NCBI GenBank assembly: GCA_038248345.1
Contig: JBBRXO010000002.1
Location: 1-64,000, forward strand
Length of the DNA: 64,000 bases
Reading direction: 5' to 3'
Origin: Armatimonadota bacterium
Lineage (GTDB): Bacteria; Armatimonadota; Hebobacteria; CAIYQO01
A model generated the notes under the pieces. That model saw only the letters and a list, made by a program, of their open reading frames with translations, was not told the origin of the DNA and made no database searches. A program made the translations under genes and the position numbers. Position 1 is the stretch's first letter, and each line of letters begins with the position of its first letter. Of the stretch, positions 30,831 through 40,729 are shown one piece after another.

Positions 30831-32150
30831 ATGTCAAACACCGGCCATAGTTCAACCATTTACAACCCTCTATATGAATGCATGGAACGCGAGGAGATGC
30901 GGGCGCTGCAACTGCGCCGCATGAAGGACGTGGTCTCGCGCGTCTACAATCATATCCCGGCCTACCGCCAGAAATGCGAGGAGCTGGGCGTCACTCCGAT
31001 GCACATGCAGACGCTGGCCGATATCGCTCACTTTCCCTTCACCATCAAGACAGACTTCCGCGATAATTACCCCTACGGCATGTTCAGTGTGCCCATTGAG
31101 GAAGTAATCCGCATTCACATGTCCAGTGGCACCACCGGCAAACCCACAGTGGTAGGCTATACCAGGAACGACATCGACCTGTGGTCACAGGTGATCGCGC
31201 GTTCCCTCGGATGCGCAGGCGTCACCCGCAAAGACATCGTGCAAGTATGCTACGGCTACGGGCTTTTTACCGGTGGCCTGGGCATACATTACGGGGCGGA
31301 GTTGTACGGCGCCACCGTTATCCCGGTTTCGGGTGGTAACACTGCCCGCCAGGTGATGTTGATGGAGGATTTCGCCTCCACCGTCATCGCCTCCACTCCC
31401 AGCTATGCGCTGTATCTGGCCGAGGTCGCCGCCGAAGCGGGGGTACTCGACAAGCTGAAACTACGCATCGGCATCTTCGGCGCCGAGCCGTGGTCAGAGG
31501 GGATGCGCCGGGAGCTGGAGAGCAAACTGAAGCTGAAGGCGCTGGATATTTACGGCATGTGCGAGCTGATAGGCCCGGGAGTGAGCAATGAATGCGAACA
31601 CCAGCAGGGACTGCACATCTTCGAGGATCACTTCTACCCGGAGATCATCAACCCGGATACCGGTGAAGTACTCCCCGAAGGGAGCATCGGTGAGCTGGTG
31701 GTGACCACCATGACCAAAGAGGCGGTGCCCATCATCCGCTACCGCACGCGCGATATCACCTCGCTCAACTACGAGAAATGCTCCTGTGGCCGCACCATGG
31801 TGCGTATGGATCGCGTCACCGGGCGCAGCGATGATATGCTCATCATTCGCGGCGTCAACGTCTTCCCGTCGCAGATTGAGGATGTCTTAACAACCATCGA
31901 AGGAACCGCACCGCACTACCAGCTACATGTGCGTCGCGAAGGCAACCTGGATGAGATGGAGCTATGGGTAGAGGTAACCGAGGCGGTGCTCAACGACGAA
32001 ATCCGCTCGCTGGAAACCCTCAGCCGTCGTATCGGCAACGCGCTACAAAGCGTCCTCAACGTCTCCTGCCGCATAAAACTGGTAGAGCCAAAGTCAATCC
32101 AGCGCAGCGAAGGCAAAGCGAAACACGTTATTGACCATCGCGTGCTGTAA
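30831..32150 (+). CDS. paaK: Phenylacetate--CoA ligase
   Basis: [51 protein letters not shown]. Confidence 0.95.
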   Translation: MSNTGHSSTIYNPLYECMEREEMRALQLRRMKDVVSRVYNHIPAYRQKCEELGVTPMHMQTLADIAHFPFTIKTDFRDNYPYGMFSVPIEEVIRIHMSSGTTGKPTVVGYTRNDIDLWSQVIARSLGCAGVTRKDIVQVCYGYGLFTGGLGIHYGAELYGATVIPVSGGNTARQVMLMEDFASTVIASTPSYALYLAEVAAEAGVLDKLKLRIGIFGAEPWSEGMRRELESKLKLKALDIYGMCELIGPGVSNECEHQQGLHIFEDHFYPEIINPDTGEVLPEGSIGELVVTTMTKEAVPIIRYRTRDITSLNYEKCSCGRTMVRMDRVTGRSDDMLIIRGVNVFPSQIEDVLTTIEGTAPHYQLHVRREGNLDEMELWVEVTEAVLNDEIRSLETLSRRIGNALQSVLNVSCRIKLVEPKSIQRSEGKAKHVIDHRVL

Positions 32151-32248
32151 ATCATGTTTGAAGGTTCGGAGACATGACCACTTGAAATATACGGTAACAA
32201 CCAGGGTAACAGCCATCGATAACCACCTCGTATGCGGGGTGGCATAAA

Positions 32249-32833
32249 GTGAGTCAGTTACTCTTCCCTTGCGCAGTTATCATCTTTTTTGGCATCACCT
32301 TTTTTCTGCGTTGGCGTCGAAAACAAATAGAAGATGCTATGCGACGGGAAGATTATGCCAAATGCCAGCGTATTCTGGCGCGTGATCCACGCAACGCAGC
32401 GGCCTACGCTATGCTGGGGGAGTTACTGGAACGGGACGGCAAACCTGCAGAGGCGTTGAAGGCCTACGAGGCGTCGTTGGCTAACGACCCCAAACAAATA
32501 AATATGAATTACCGTGTGGAGTGCCTGCAGGATGAGCAGGCATTGCGGGAAAGTGGGCAAATACGGTGCCCGCTTTGCCGCACCATTCAGGTAAAAAGCC
32601 CCGGCAGATGCTGGCAATGCGGCACTGTGTTGCACATGCGCGGTGCCGTGCTGCAAAGCTTGGGGTATCGCGGTATTATTATATTCGCTCTGCTGCTTAT
32701 TTGCCTGGTTTCAGCATACGTTTTTGCTGCTCTGCATAAACCTGATCTGGCTTATGGAGCAATAGGCGGCTTTCTCTTCTGCATATTGGGGTTGATCATC
32801 AACCATAGATTTGGACGACGTAAAAACAATTAG
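32249..32833 (+). CDS. Membrane protein with TPR motif and zinc ribbon
   Basis: TM, TPR (DPRNAAAY..LG...EA...YE..L..DP), CPLC/CWQC, two TM. Confidence 0.7.
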   Translation: MSQLLFPCAVIIFFGITFFLRWRRKQIEDAMRREDYAKCQRILARDPRNAAAYAMLGELLERDGKPAEALKAYEASLANDPKQINMNYRVECLQDEQALRESGQIRCPLCRTIQVKSPGRCWQCGTVLHMRGAVLQSLGYRGIIIFALLLICLVSAYVFAALHKPDLAYGAIGGFLFCILGLIINHRFGRRKNN

Positions 32834-32843
32834 GAGGCTAGTT

Positions 32844-33509
32844 ATGCGCTACTTGTATATACTTTTGCTTTTCACCTGTGGAATAATCGTCGATGCTATA
32901 CCCACCCAACTTGGCCCCACCGGCGCGGTAACCCTGCCGGGGGCAGAGTGTCTCACCGGCTTTGTGACGGCGGCAGATATCATCGATAATACTAACCAAC
33001 GCGGGCGTTTATTGCGCGTCAATTATGGCACAGGTGATGCCGAGGTCGGCCTGCTCTATGGCGCAGATGACGGCAGCACTAGCGGTGTGAATGGCAAACT
33101 ACGCCTCACCCCGCACAACGCCGAATTCCCGGCTGCCGTTGGGATTGCCTACCGTGAATACCCCTATTTCAATGAACGCGTCATCTATGCGGCGGTCGAG
33201 CATCAGTTCATCTCCGATGTCAAAGCCACCGTCGGCGTCCAACACGCCCAGATTCATGCCATAACTGGAAATGTCACCGGAACCCGCGGCTACCTCGCCG
33301 TGACCGTGCGAATGCCACGTAACGAAGAAGTCTGCGGAGAAATCCAGACCTTTGGCGATTCACTCTATGAAAGTAGGGCCATCGCCTCAGTGCGCTACAC
33401 CAAACATTATCGCCTTTATGACTATTCCATCGGCACCACCAACGCCAACGGAATCCTCGGTGGCGACCGCCAGAACCTCTTCGCCGGGATGAGCGTGGCG
33501 TGGCGCTAG
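32844..33509 (+). CDS. Secreted, probable outer-membrane beta-barrel protein (YjbH-like)
   Basis: GGAGG before ATG 32844; signal peptide; GPTG...P.A; amphipathic strands ending in aromatic W. Confidence 0.5.
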   Translation: MRYLYILLLFTCGIIVDAIPTQLGPTGAVTLPGAECLTGFVTAADIIDNTNQRGRLLRVNYGTGDAEVGLLYGADDGSTSGVNGKLRLTPHNAEFPAAVGIAYREYPYFNERVIYAAVEHQFISDVKATVGVQHAQIHAITGNVTGTRGYLAVTVRMPRNEEVCGEIQTFGDSLYESRAIASVRYTKHYRLYDYSIGTTNANGILGGDRQNLFAGMSVAWR

Positions 33510-33557
33510 CGCTTTTCTCTACTTGCCCTTTCCCTCCCCGCATGGGTACAATGAAAC

Positions 33558-34610
33558 ATGCTTATCGATGCCAATGGATTGTGTTTGCGGGAGCAGATTG
33601 AAGCGCGGGAGGATCTTATGCTGGCGCCGGAAGCTGCGCGCAGCATCTACTCGCGTGGGCGGCAACGCCCTGAGCTACCCTGTCCTTTTCGCACCGACTT
33701 CCAACGTGACCGTGACCGGATATTGCATAGCAAATCATTTCGTCGCCTGGCGGGGAAGACGCAGGTCTTCGTCTCCCCGCGCAATGACCACGACCGCACC
33801 CGCCTGACACACAGCTTGGAGGTATGCCAGGTGGCGCGCACGGTAGCGCGGGTATTGCGACTGAACGAAGATTTAACCGAGGCAATAGCGCTGGGACATG
33901 ATCTGGGACACAGCGCCTTCGGTCATGCGGGCGAGACGGCGTTGAATTTAATTTATCAGGAGTATGACCCGGACGCGCACTTCCACCATGCCGAGCAGAG
34001 CCTGCGCATGGTAGACCTGCTGGAGCGTGACGGGCGCGGGCTGAACCTTACCTGGGAAGTACGCAACGGCATTGCCCATCACAGCAAAGGTGAAAAAGAC
34101 TGGCCACAAAAGAGCAGCTGGCGTGCGGCAACACTAGAGGGGCAGCTGGTCGCACTGGCAGATCGTATCGCCTACAGCAGCCACGATATCGACGACGCCA
34201 TGCGTGCCGGGCTGCTCACCCTCGATCAATTCCCCGCTTTCATCGTGAATAGCCTGGGCACCACCCACTCCGCCCGCCTCACCGCGATGATCGGCGATAT
34301 CATCAATGCCAGCCGTGACCTCTTCTTCATCCGCATGACGCCGGAGATGACGGAGATCACCAACGAATTGAAGAACTTCATGTATCTGAATCTCTACCTG
34401 TCCCGCAGCATGGCCCCCCGCGTGCGCCGTAGCGTGGATGAGACCATCACTGGCCTCTTCCGCCATTACATGGATCACCCCACCGAGGCAGACATCTCCC
34501 CCGATAACGACACCAGAGCCCGTGCCCGCCTGGTCTGCGACTTTATCGCCGGGATGACCGATGACTATGCCCGCGACGCCTGGCGCGGGGTGAAAAGGAA
34601 AACACGGTGA
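33558..34610 (+). CDS. dgt: Deoxyguanosinetriphosphate triphosphohydrolase (short HD family)
   Basis: RTDFQRDRDRILHSKSFRRL..KTQVF, RTRLTHSLEV, HDLGH, DFIAGMTD. Confidence 0.95.
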   Translation: MLIDANGLCLREQIEAREDLMLAPEAARSIYSRGRQRPELPCPFRTDFQRDRDRILHSKSFRRLAGKTQVFVSPRNDHDRTRLTHSLEVCQVARTVARVLRLNEDLTEAIALGHDLGHSAFGHAGETALNLIYQEYDPDAHFHHAEQSLRMVDLLERDGRGLNLTWEVRNGIAHHSKGEKDWPQKSSWRAATLEGQLVALADRIAYSSHDIDDAMRAGLLTLDQFPAFIVNSLGTTHSARLTAMIGDIINASRDLFFIRMTPEMTEITNELKNFMYLNLYLSRSMAPRVRRSVDETITGLFRHYMDHPTEADISPDNDTRARARLVCDFIAGMTDDYARDAWRGVKRKTR

Positions 34611-35263
34611 GTTTACCAACAATAAAATCCCCTCTCATCCTCACCGGCGCTTATGGCAGCGGGAAGACGGAGTGTGCGCTGGCGCTCTCGATTACACTGG
34701 CGCGTGATGAAGCGGTGACATTGATCGATATGGATTTCGTCACCCCCTATTTCCGTGCGCAGGATCTGCGGGCTGAGTTGGGCGCGGAGGGCGTTACGGT
34801 AATTTCGTCGGATCTGCGCACCGCTGCCATTGATTCTCCCAGCATCCCCCCGGAGGCGGCGGAACATATCCTGCATCCGCGCGGGCACACGGTGATCGAC
34901 CTGGGCGGTGACCCGACGGGCGCGGTGGTGCTGGGGCAATACGCGCCCTACCTGCACAACTATGATATGTGGGCGGTGGTGAACTTCAGCCGCCCCACCA
35001 CCCCTACCCCGGCCATAGCCTCAGTACTGCTGCAGGAGATTATGTCGCAAACCCGCATGAAAATCACCGGCATCGTCAGCAACACCCACCTTGGCCAATT
35101 CACCACCGCTGAAGATGTGCTGGAAGGGCTGGCGGGTGCCCAAATTCTGGCCAAACTCCTCCACATACCGGTGAAACTATTATGCCTGCCACCGCATATT
35201 ACGGTAGAAACTGACTTGCCCACACTACCTATTACACCGCGATTACTAAGGCCGTGGGAATAG
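34607..35263 (+). CDS. P-loop ATP-binding protein (CobQ/MinD/ParA-like, GxYGSGKTE family)
   Basis: GAYGSGKTE, D.D.V.PYFR, DLGGD..G, N..RP.T, NTHL. Confidence 0.75.
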   Translation: MSLPTIKSPLILTGAYGSGKTECALALSITLARDEAVTLIDMDFVTPYFRAQDLRAELGAEGVTVISSDLRTAAIDSPSIPPEAAEHILHPRGHTVIDLGGDPTGAVVLGQYAPYLHNYDMWAVVNFSRPTTPTPAIASVLLQEIMSQTRMKITGIVSNTHLGQFTTAEDVLEGLAGAQILAKLLHIPVKLLCLPPHITVETDLPTLPITPRLLRPWE

Positions 35264-35266
35264 TCT

Positions 35267-35387
35267 TAACCCGGATTTTCTTGATTATTAGGATTTTCCT
35301 GATAATTTACTGCTTGGGGGAGTATCTCATCGACCCAACGGTCCAGTTATCAGGTAAATCCTTAAAATCCTACAAATCTGGGTTCTG
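35267..35387. repeat. Long imperfect inverted repeat of GGATTTT-type units
   Basis: aacccggattttcttgattattaggattttcctgata...tatcaggtaaatccttaaaatcctacaaatctgggtt. Confidence 0.65.
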
Positions 35388-35471
35388 ACAAAATCCTACC
35401 CACCACTAGTGTCTCCCACGCCTAGCGCGCACATTAGTAGCGTATCAAAAGAATAAAATGGTTTGCAAAGC

Positions 35472-35564
35472 TTGACTCGTGCATCCGCTACGTGCTAAGC
35501 TAATACTGGTTTGGGCGATTTAGAGATCGTCAAAACCATCGTGTTGAGGTATTTTTCTCAACAC
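35472..35564 (+). promoter_or_regulatory. Sigma70-type promoter and two-hairpin leader of the NlpC/P60 gene
   Basis: TTGACT-18-TAAGCT with TG extension; stems tggttt..aaacca and gtgttgag..ctcaacac. Confidence 0.55.
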
Positions 35565-35582
35565 AATTAGGAGGTGCAAGTT

Positions 35583-36332
35583 TTGCATTTGGTAAAAAAT
35601 AACAGTAAGCTCGCCGCGATTTACGGCGTTTTTGTAATATTGATGATGATCTTAAGTCCGTTTCTCACGGACATTGACACTACCGTTAAGCATGGTGGCG
35701 CACTGGCGATGATCTCCCAGGGATTCGCTGCTCCCATCGAACCATTACAGGCGGAAAACATAGCTCCCATAGCCGGGCCGCAAATGACGGCATCAGCAAC
35801 CTCAACTGTCACCGTCGCCCTTCCCTCTGTAGATACCGCTACTCCAGTAACTGTCGCCCCGCCGGCACCAGTTGCCGAGGTGATTCCTCCAGAGGCTAAA
35901 AAGACCATCGTATCTGCTAGTGAGCTCTTTGCCGAACGTACCCGCATAATTCAGGAACGGGCAGCTAAAGACAGCGGTGAAGTACTGGTAGCCAGCGCCC
36001 GTGAATTCACCGGCACACCCTATTCGTGGGGCGGCACTTCTTCACGCGGCATTGACTGCAGCGGTCTGGTAGTGCGCGCCATGCAAGCACAAGGGATCGA
36101 AGTCCCCCACCGCGCCGCCGAACTATACAACATGGGCACCTCCATCTCCCGCAGCGACCTTAAAGCCGGCGATCTGGTCTTCTTCGAGACCGGCGGCAAC
36201 GGCGTCTCCCATGTCGGCATCTACATCAGCAACAACACCTTCATCCACGCCAGTTCCAAAGCAGGCGTGAAGGAATCGGAGTTAAGCGGCTACTACGCCG
36301 ATCATTACCTGGGAGCAAGAAGGCTGAATTAG
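35583..36332 (+). CDS. NlpC/P60 (C40) cell-wall peptidase
   Basis: GTPYSWGG, DCSG, GDLVFF, HVGIY, FIHAS; TTG 35583 is 8 nt after GGAGG. Confidence 0.92.
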   Translation: MHLVKNNSKLAAIYGVFVILMMILSPFLTDIDTTVKHGGALAMISQGFAAPIEPLQAENIAPIAGPQMTASATSTVTVALPSVDTATPVTVAPPAPVAEVIPPEAKKTIVSASELFAERTRIIQERAAKDSGEVLVASAREFTGTPYSWGGTSSRGIDCSGLVVRAMQAQGIEVPHRAAELYNMGTSISRSDLKAGDLVFFETGGNGVSHVGIYISNNTFIHASSKAGVKESELSGYYADHYLGARRLN

Positions 36333-36434
36333 TTCCAAATTCCAAATTCCAAGTTCCAAGGGGCGGCGCGTATGCGCCGCCCTTTTTTTATTATTTGAAT
36401 CAGCACATGGCTTGGAACTTGGAACTTGGAACCA
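36331..36434. repeat. Inverted heptamer arrays (TTCCAAR x4 / TTGGAAC x3) enclosing a terminator
   Basis: Read directly from sequence. Confidence 0.8.
36361..36389 (+). terminator. Intrinsic terminator of NlpC/P60 gene
   Basis: gggcggcgc-gtat-gcgccgccc-T7. Confidence 0.85.
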
Positions 36435-36453
36435 AATATGCTACCATACCTCC

Positions 36454-37827
36454 ATGCCGAAGAACATCATTTATGTCTGCTCGGAATGTGGCTGCCAGCA
36501 ACCGCGCTGGGCGGGGCGCTGCCCGGACTGCGGGGCGTGGGGCGCGCTGGTAGAGGAGGCCGTTGCGGCTGTGGTGAAGACCAAGTCCGTCAGCGGCAAG
36601 CCGATAAATGTCCTCCGCGCCTCCTCCGCCATTGCCATCAGCGATGTGCCGCCGGGGACAGAGCCACGCCGTGAAACAAAGCTGAGCGAGTTTGACCGCG
36701 TGCTGGGCGGCGGCGCGGTGCCGGGGTCATCCATCCTGCTCGCCGGTACTCCAGGGGTGGGCAAATCCACTTTATTGCTCCAGGTGGGCTACGCGCTGGC
36801 GTGTGCCGGGCATCGTGCGCTCTATGTCACCGGGGAGGAATCGCTGCCGCAACTGCGCATGCGTGCGGAACGGCTGCGCACCATCCATGAGGAAATGCTG
36901 GCACTGGCGGAGACCGAGCTGGAGTCTATCCTGCAGCACATCGCGCTGCTGCAGCCGGCCTTTGTGGTGGTGGATTCCATCCAGACCACCTTCGACGCCG
37001 ATATCGAATCCGCGCCGGGCGCAGTGAGCCAGGTGCGCAATGCCGCTATGCGGCTCATCCGCGCCGCCAAAGAATCGGGGGCGACAATCCTGCTCATCGG
37101 GCATGTTACCAAAGAGGGGCAGATCGCCGGGCCGCGCGTACTCGAGCATATGGTCGACGTAGTGCTGGAGCTGGAGGGCGACCGCGACTTCAGCTACCGC
37201 ATCTTGCGCGCGGTAAAGAACCGCTTCGGCTCCACGCATGAGCTGGGCATCTTCACCATGAATGACCGCGGTATGGTGGAGGTCCCCAACCCCTCCGCCG
37301 CTTTCCTCAGCGAGCGCCAGACTGGCATGAGTGGTTCGGCGGTGGTGGCGATGATGGAGGGGACGCGGGCATTGCTAGCCGAGGTGCAGGCGCTGGTGAC
37401 GCCCAGCGGTGGGTTCGGCGCACCACGGCGCAACGCCAACGGCATCGACATCCGCCGCGTAGCGCATATCCTGGCCGTGCTGGAGAAGCGCGCGGGGATG
37501 CCACTCGGGCAATACGATGTATTCATCAATGTTCCCGGCGGGTTGAAATTGACCGAGCCGGCCGCTGACCTGGCGGTGGCGCTGGCGGTGGCGAGTAGTT
37601 TCCGTGACGTACCGGTGCAGGCGGGCATGGTCTGCTTCGGCGAAGTAGGGCTGACCGGGGAGATCCGCACAGTATCGCACGCCGACCGCCGCCTCGCCGA
37701 GACTGCGCGGCTAGAGTTCACCAGCTGCCTGACCCCGCCGGGCAAATACCCCGGCAAAAAACCCGGCGTCAAATGCCATGCTCTCCACAATATCGAGCAG
37801 GCCTTTGAGCTGGCATTGATAAGGTGA
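36454..37827 (+). CDS. radA: DNA repair protein RadA/Sms
   Basis: CSECG..W.GRCPDC zinc finger, GVGKST, KNRFG, Lon-like C-terminus. Confidence 0.97.
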   Translation: MPKNIIYVCSECGCQQPRWAGRCPDCGAWGALVEEAVAAVVKTKSVSGKPINVLRASSAIAISDVPPGTEPRRETKLSEFDRVLGGGAVPGSSILLAGTPGVGKSTLLLQVGYALACAGHRALYVTGEESLPQLRMRAERLRTIHEEMLALAETELESILQHIALLQPAFVVVDSIQTTFDADIESAPGAVSQVRNAAMRLIRAAKESGATILLIGHVTKEGQIAGPRVLEHMVDVVLELEGDRDFSYRILRAVKNRFGSTHELGIFTMNDRGMVEVPNPSAAFLSERQTGMSGSAVVAMMEGTRALLAEVQALVTPSGGFGAPRRNANGIDIRRVAHILAVLEKRAGMPLGQYDVFINVPGGLKLTEPAADLAVALAVASSFRDVPVQAGMVCFGEVGLTGEIRTVSHADRRLAETARLEFTSCLTPPGKYPGKKPGVKCHALHNIEQAFELALIR

Positions 37828-37869
37828 GGAATTAGTGGTAAAGTACGCTTTATTACTTGGCAATAATAA

Positions 37870-38003
37870 TCTGATGTCGCGGAATCCCTTCTCCCCGCCC
37901 TGAAGGACGATCGGCGTAGCCCACTAGCCCTGTCGTTTACGGCTGGGCGATAGGCTGGCGGGTTTGAACACTATAAAACCTGACTTGGAACTTGAAACTA
38001 TTT
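37870..38003 (+). repeat. Element family C upstream of osmC-like gene
   Basis: gtagcccac.agccct.tcgtt.acggctgggcga...ttgaacact..aaaacc...cttggaacttgaaacta. Confidence 0.65.
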
Positions 38004-38020
38004 TAACAAGGAGGAAACCC

Positions 38021-38410
38021 ATGAAGATCACGAGTAAACTAACTGGCCCGATGCGCTTCGACACCGATATCCGTGGCCATACAGTAATCGTCGGGCAACC
38101 GATGAAGAGTGGCGGTGACGACTCCGGCCCCACCCCACCGGAGCTGCTCGCCACCTCTCTCGGCACCTGCGTCGGCGTCTATGCGCTCTATTTCTGCACT
38201 AAACACGACATCGACCCTACCGGCATGGAGGTCACCACCGAGTACGCCAAAGCCGAACATCCCGCCCGCCTGGTAGACTTTGTAGTGACCATAACCGTAC
38301 CGGCTGGCATCGCCGAAGAAATGAAAGAGCCGTTTTTAGCGACGGTAGAAAAATGCCTGATCCACAATACCCTGCATGAGCCACCGGCGGTGGAGATTAA
38401 GGTGGGATGA
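38021..38410 (+). CDS. OsmC/Ohr family protein
   Basis: GGDDSGPTPPELL..SLG.C and C..HNTL; AAGGAGG before ATG 38021. Confidence 0.88.
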   Translation: MKITSKLTGPMRFDTDIRGHTVIVGQPMKSGGDDSGPTPPELLATSLGTCVGVYALYFCTKHDIDPTGMEVTTEYAKAEHPARLVDFVVTITVPAGIAEEMKEPFLATVEKCLIHNTLHEPPAVEIKVG

Positions 38411-38436
38411 AGGGGTAGATCATAAGAGAGAGGTGT

Positions 38437-38629
38437 TTGCAATACTCTTTCCCGCTGGGATTGAAATCCCGGCTGCAGGGCGCTGCGCGCCGGTCGTCCG
38501 CCTTCGCGGACTTTTCTGAATCGAATGATAGCGCGCTTTAGCGTACTTGCCGTTGTTAGCCACCTCTTTCAGGGGGTGGCGCCGGGAATCGCAATCCCGC
38601 TCTAATGGGCGGGACGCCACTGCTACGGG
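38437..38629 (-). repeat. Composite multi-hairpin element family B, copy 2
   Basis: Reverse complement aligns by eye to 30310-30494. Confidence 0.8.
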
Positions 38630-38668
38630 TAGCGGAACCATGACCATTTGCATTGACGTGGTCTATCC

Positions 38669-40381
38669 TTAGCTCAACCCCACAATCTCCCCGTTCTCAT
38701 CGATATCAATATGCGTGCCAGCCGGGTTGCTGGGCAACGAGGGCATGGTGGCCATTTCTCCGACTAGCGGGTAGAGGAAGCCGGCACCAGCGGCGGGGCG
38801 GATGTCGCGGATGGGGATGGTGAAGCCGGTGGGACGGCCTTTCAGCTTGGGGTCATGCGAGAGCGAGAGGTGGGTCTTGGCCATGCAGATGGGCAGTTTG
38901 TCCAGTCCCCAGGCGGTGTAGCGTTTGATGCGCTCCTCGGCCAGCGGGGTGTAGCTGACGCCTGCAGCGCCGTAGATATTCGTGGCGATGGCTTCGATCT
39001 TCTCCTTGATGGTGTCATCGTCGGCGTAGAGCAACTTGAACTCCGATGGTTGTGCGCAGGCGGCGACCACGGCGTCCGCCAGCTCGATACCACCTTCTCC
39101 GCCACGTGCCCAGACATCGCTGACGCAGGCGGCAAATGCCCCGGCGGCCAGTGCGCGCTCGCGGATGTAGGCCACCTCGGCAGGGGTGTCGGTGGGGAAG
39201 CTGTTGAGCGCTACCACCACCGGGATGCCGAAGAGCAGCATGTTCTCCACCTGCTTCTCCAGGTTGCCGATACCGGCGGCCAGCGCCTCCATATCCTCCT
39301 GGCCCAGGCGTGGGTCGAGCGGTTTACCCGGCGTCACAGTATATTTGCCGCTATGCATCTTCAATGCGCGCACTGTCGCCACCACCACCGCGCAGCTGGG
39401 GCGCAGCCCGCTCTGCCGGCACTTGATATTGAAGAACTTCTCGGCACCCAGATCCGCGCCGAAGCCCGCCTCGGTGACCACGTAGTCGGCCAACTTCAGA
39501 GCGATGCGGTCGGCCAGTACGCTGTTGTTGCCGTGGGCGATGTTGGCGAATGGGCCGGCGTGTACCAGCACCGGCGTACCCTCCAGCGTCTGGATCAGGT
39601 TCGGCTTGATGGCGTCGCGCAACAGCACCGTCATGGCTCCGGCACAGCGCAAGTCCTCGGCAGTCACCGGTTCGCCGTCGACGTTAGTGGCGACGATGAT
39701 GCGCCCCAGACGTTTGCGCAGGTCGTGGATATCGCTGGTGAGCGCCAGCGCCGCCATGGCCTCGCTGGCGACGGTGATATCAAAACCGGTCTCGCGCGGC
39801 ACCCCGCCACGCCGCTGTACCGGCAGATCAGCACCCAGCCCCACTACGATGTTGCGCAGCGCCCAGCCGTCGCTGATATCCACCACGCGCTTCCAGGTGA
39901 TTGTTTGCGGGTCAATGCGCAGGGGATTGCCGTGCTTCAGCGAGGCATCGATGAAGGCGGCCAGCAGGTTATTGGCTGCGCCAATAGCATGGATATCGCC
40001 GGTGAAGTGCAGGTTGACATCCTCCATGGGCAGCACCTGTGAATATCCGCCCCCCGCCGCCCCACCCTTGATGCCGAAGACCGGCCCCAGCGAGGGTTGC
40101 CGCAGCGTGATGCAGGCGCGCCGCCCGGTCTTCGCCAACGCCTGCCCGAGGCCTATTGTGGTTACGGTTTTGCCCTCGCCCAGCGGCGTGGGGGTGATGG
40201 CGGTGACCACCACCAGCTTCCCCTCCGGCACCTCCGCCAGCCGCTGCAGGATGCTCAGCTCAATCTTCGCCTTCACACGTCCATATTGCTCCAGCTCCGT
40301 GTCCAGAATCCCCAGCACCCCGGCGATCTCGGTGATAGGCCGCGCGGTGTGCGCATGTACGATATCTAAATCAGTCAGCAA
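38669..40381 (-). CDS. fhs: Formate--tetrahydrofolate ligase
   Basis: TPTPLGEGKT, GIKGGAAGGGYSQ, HAGPFANIAHG, TEAGFGADLGAEKF. Confidence 0.97.
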   Translation of the reverse strand: MLTDLDIVHAHTARPITEIAGVLGILDTELEQYGRVKAKIELSILQRLAEVPEGKLVVVTAITPTPLGEGKTVTTIGLGQALAKTGRRACITLRQPSLGPVFGIKGGAAGGGYSQVLPMEDVNLHFTGDIHAIGAANNLLAAFIDASLKHGNPLRIDPQTITWKRVVDISDGWALRNIVVGLGADLPVQRRGGVPRETGFDITVASEAMAALALTSDIHDLRKRLGRIIVATNVDGEPVTAEDLRCAGAMTVLLRDAIKPNLIQTLEGTPVLVHAGPFANIAHGNNSVLADRIALKLADYVVTEAGFGADLGAEKFFNIKCRQSGLRPSCAVVVATVRALKMHSGKYTVTPGKPLDPRLGQEDMEALAAGIGNLEKQVENMLLFGIPVVVALNSFPTDTPAEVAYIRERALAAGAFAACVSDVWARGGEGGIELADAVVAACAQPSEFKLLYADDDTIKEKIEAIATNIYGAAGVSYTPLAEERIKRYTAWGLDKLPICMAKTHLSLSHDPKLKGRPTGFTIPIRDIRPAAGAGFLYPLVGEMATMPSLPSNPAGTHIDIDENGEIVGLS

Positions 40382-40396
40382 ATTATTACCTCCAAA

Positions 40397-40483
40397 AATA
40401 GTTCAGGTTCCAATTTCCAAGTTTCGAGGTTGGTTTTGAGTGTTCAACTCGCCCAGCCGTGAACGATAGGGCTTGTGGGCTAC
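40397..40483 (-). repeat. Element family C upstream of fhs
   Basis: Minus strand: gtagcccacaagccctatcgttcacggctgggcgagttgaacactcaaaacc...cttggaaattggaacctgaacta. Confidence 0.65.
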
Positions 40484-40729
40484 ACTTATTATCCGCCTAT
40501 GCGGACTTTTTTGCTACTACGATTACCTGTGTCTATTTGTTCGCCACCATGCACGTCGGTTCCTGTTTTTTAAATGTGGGCTTCGCGCTACCCGGTATTC
40601 TATTATCTTTTACCTATTTTTCAGAAATATCGTTGAAAATAGTGGCAAATATTGACCCAAAATACCCGCCATTTTATCGACAAAACCGTTATAATATAAG
40701 CAATCAGTAACCAGAAAGTATTTGTTGTC

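Noticed and set aside
36331..36434. CRISPR array
   Set aside because: Only short heptamers with no unique spacers; no cas genes in the window
38855..40439. Long plus-strand ORFs (395 and 311 aa), and similar ones opposite hisC and the flavoprotein
   Set aside because: Antisense shadows of well-conserved GC-rich genes with no motifs of their own
40382..40620. THF or ZTP riboswitch upstream of fhs
   Set aside because: No recognisable consensus; the structured part matches repeat family C, which is also found before unrelated genes
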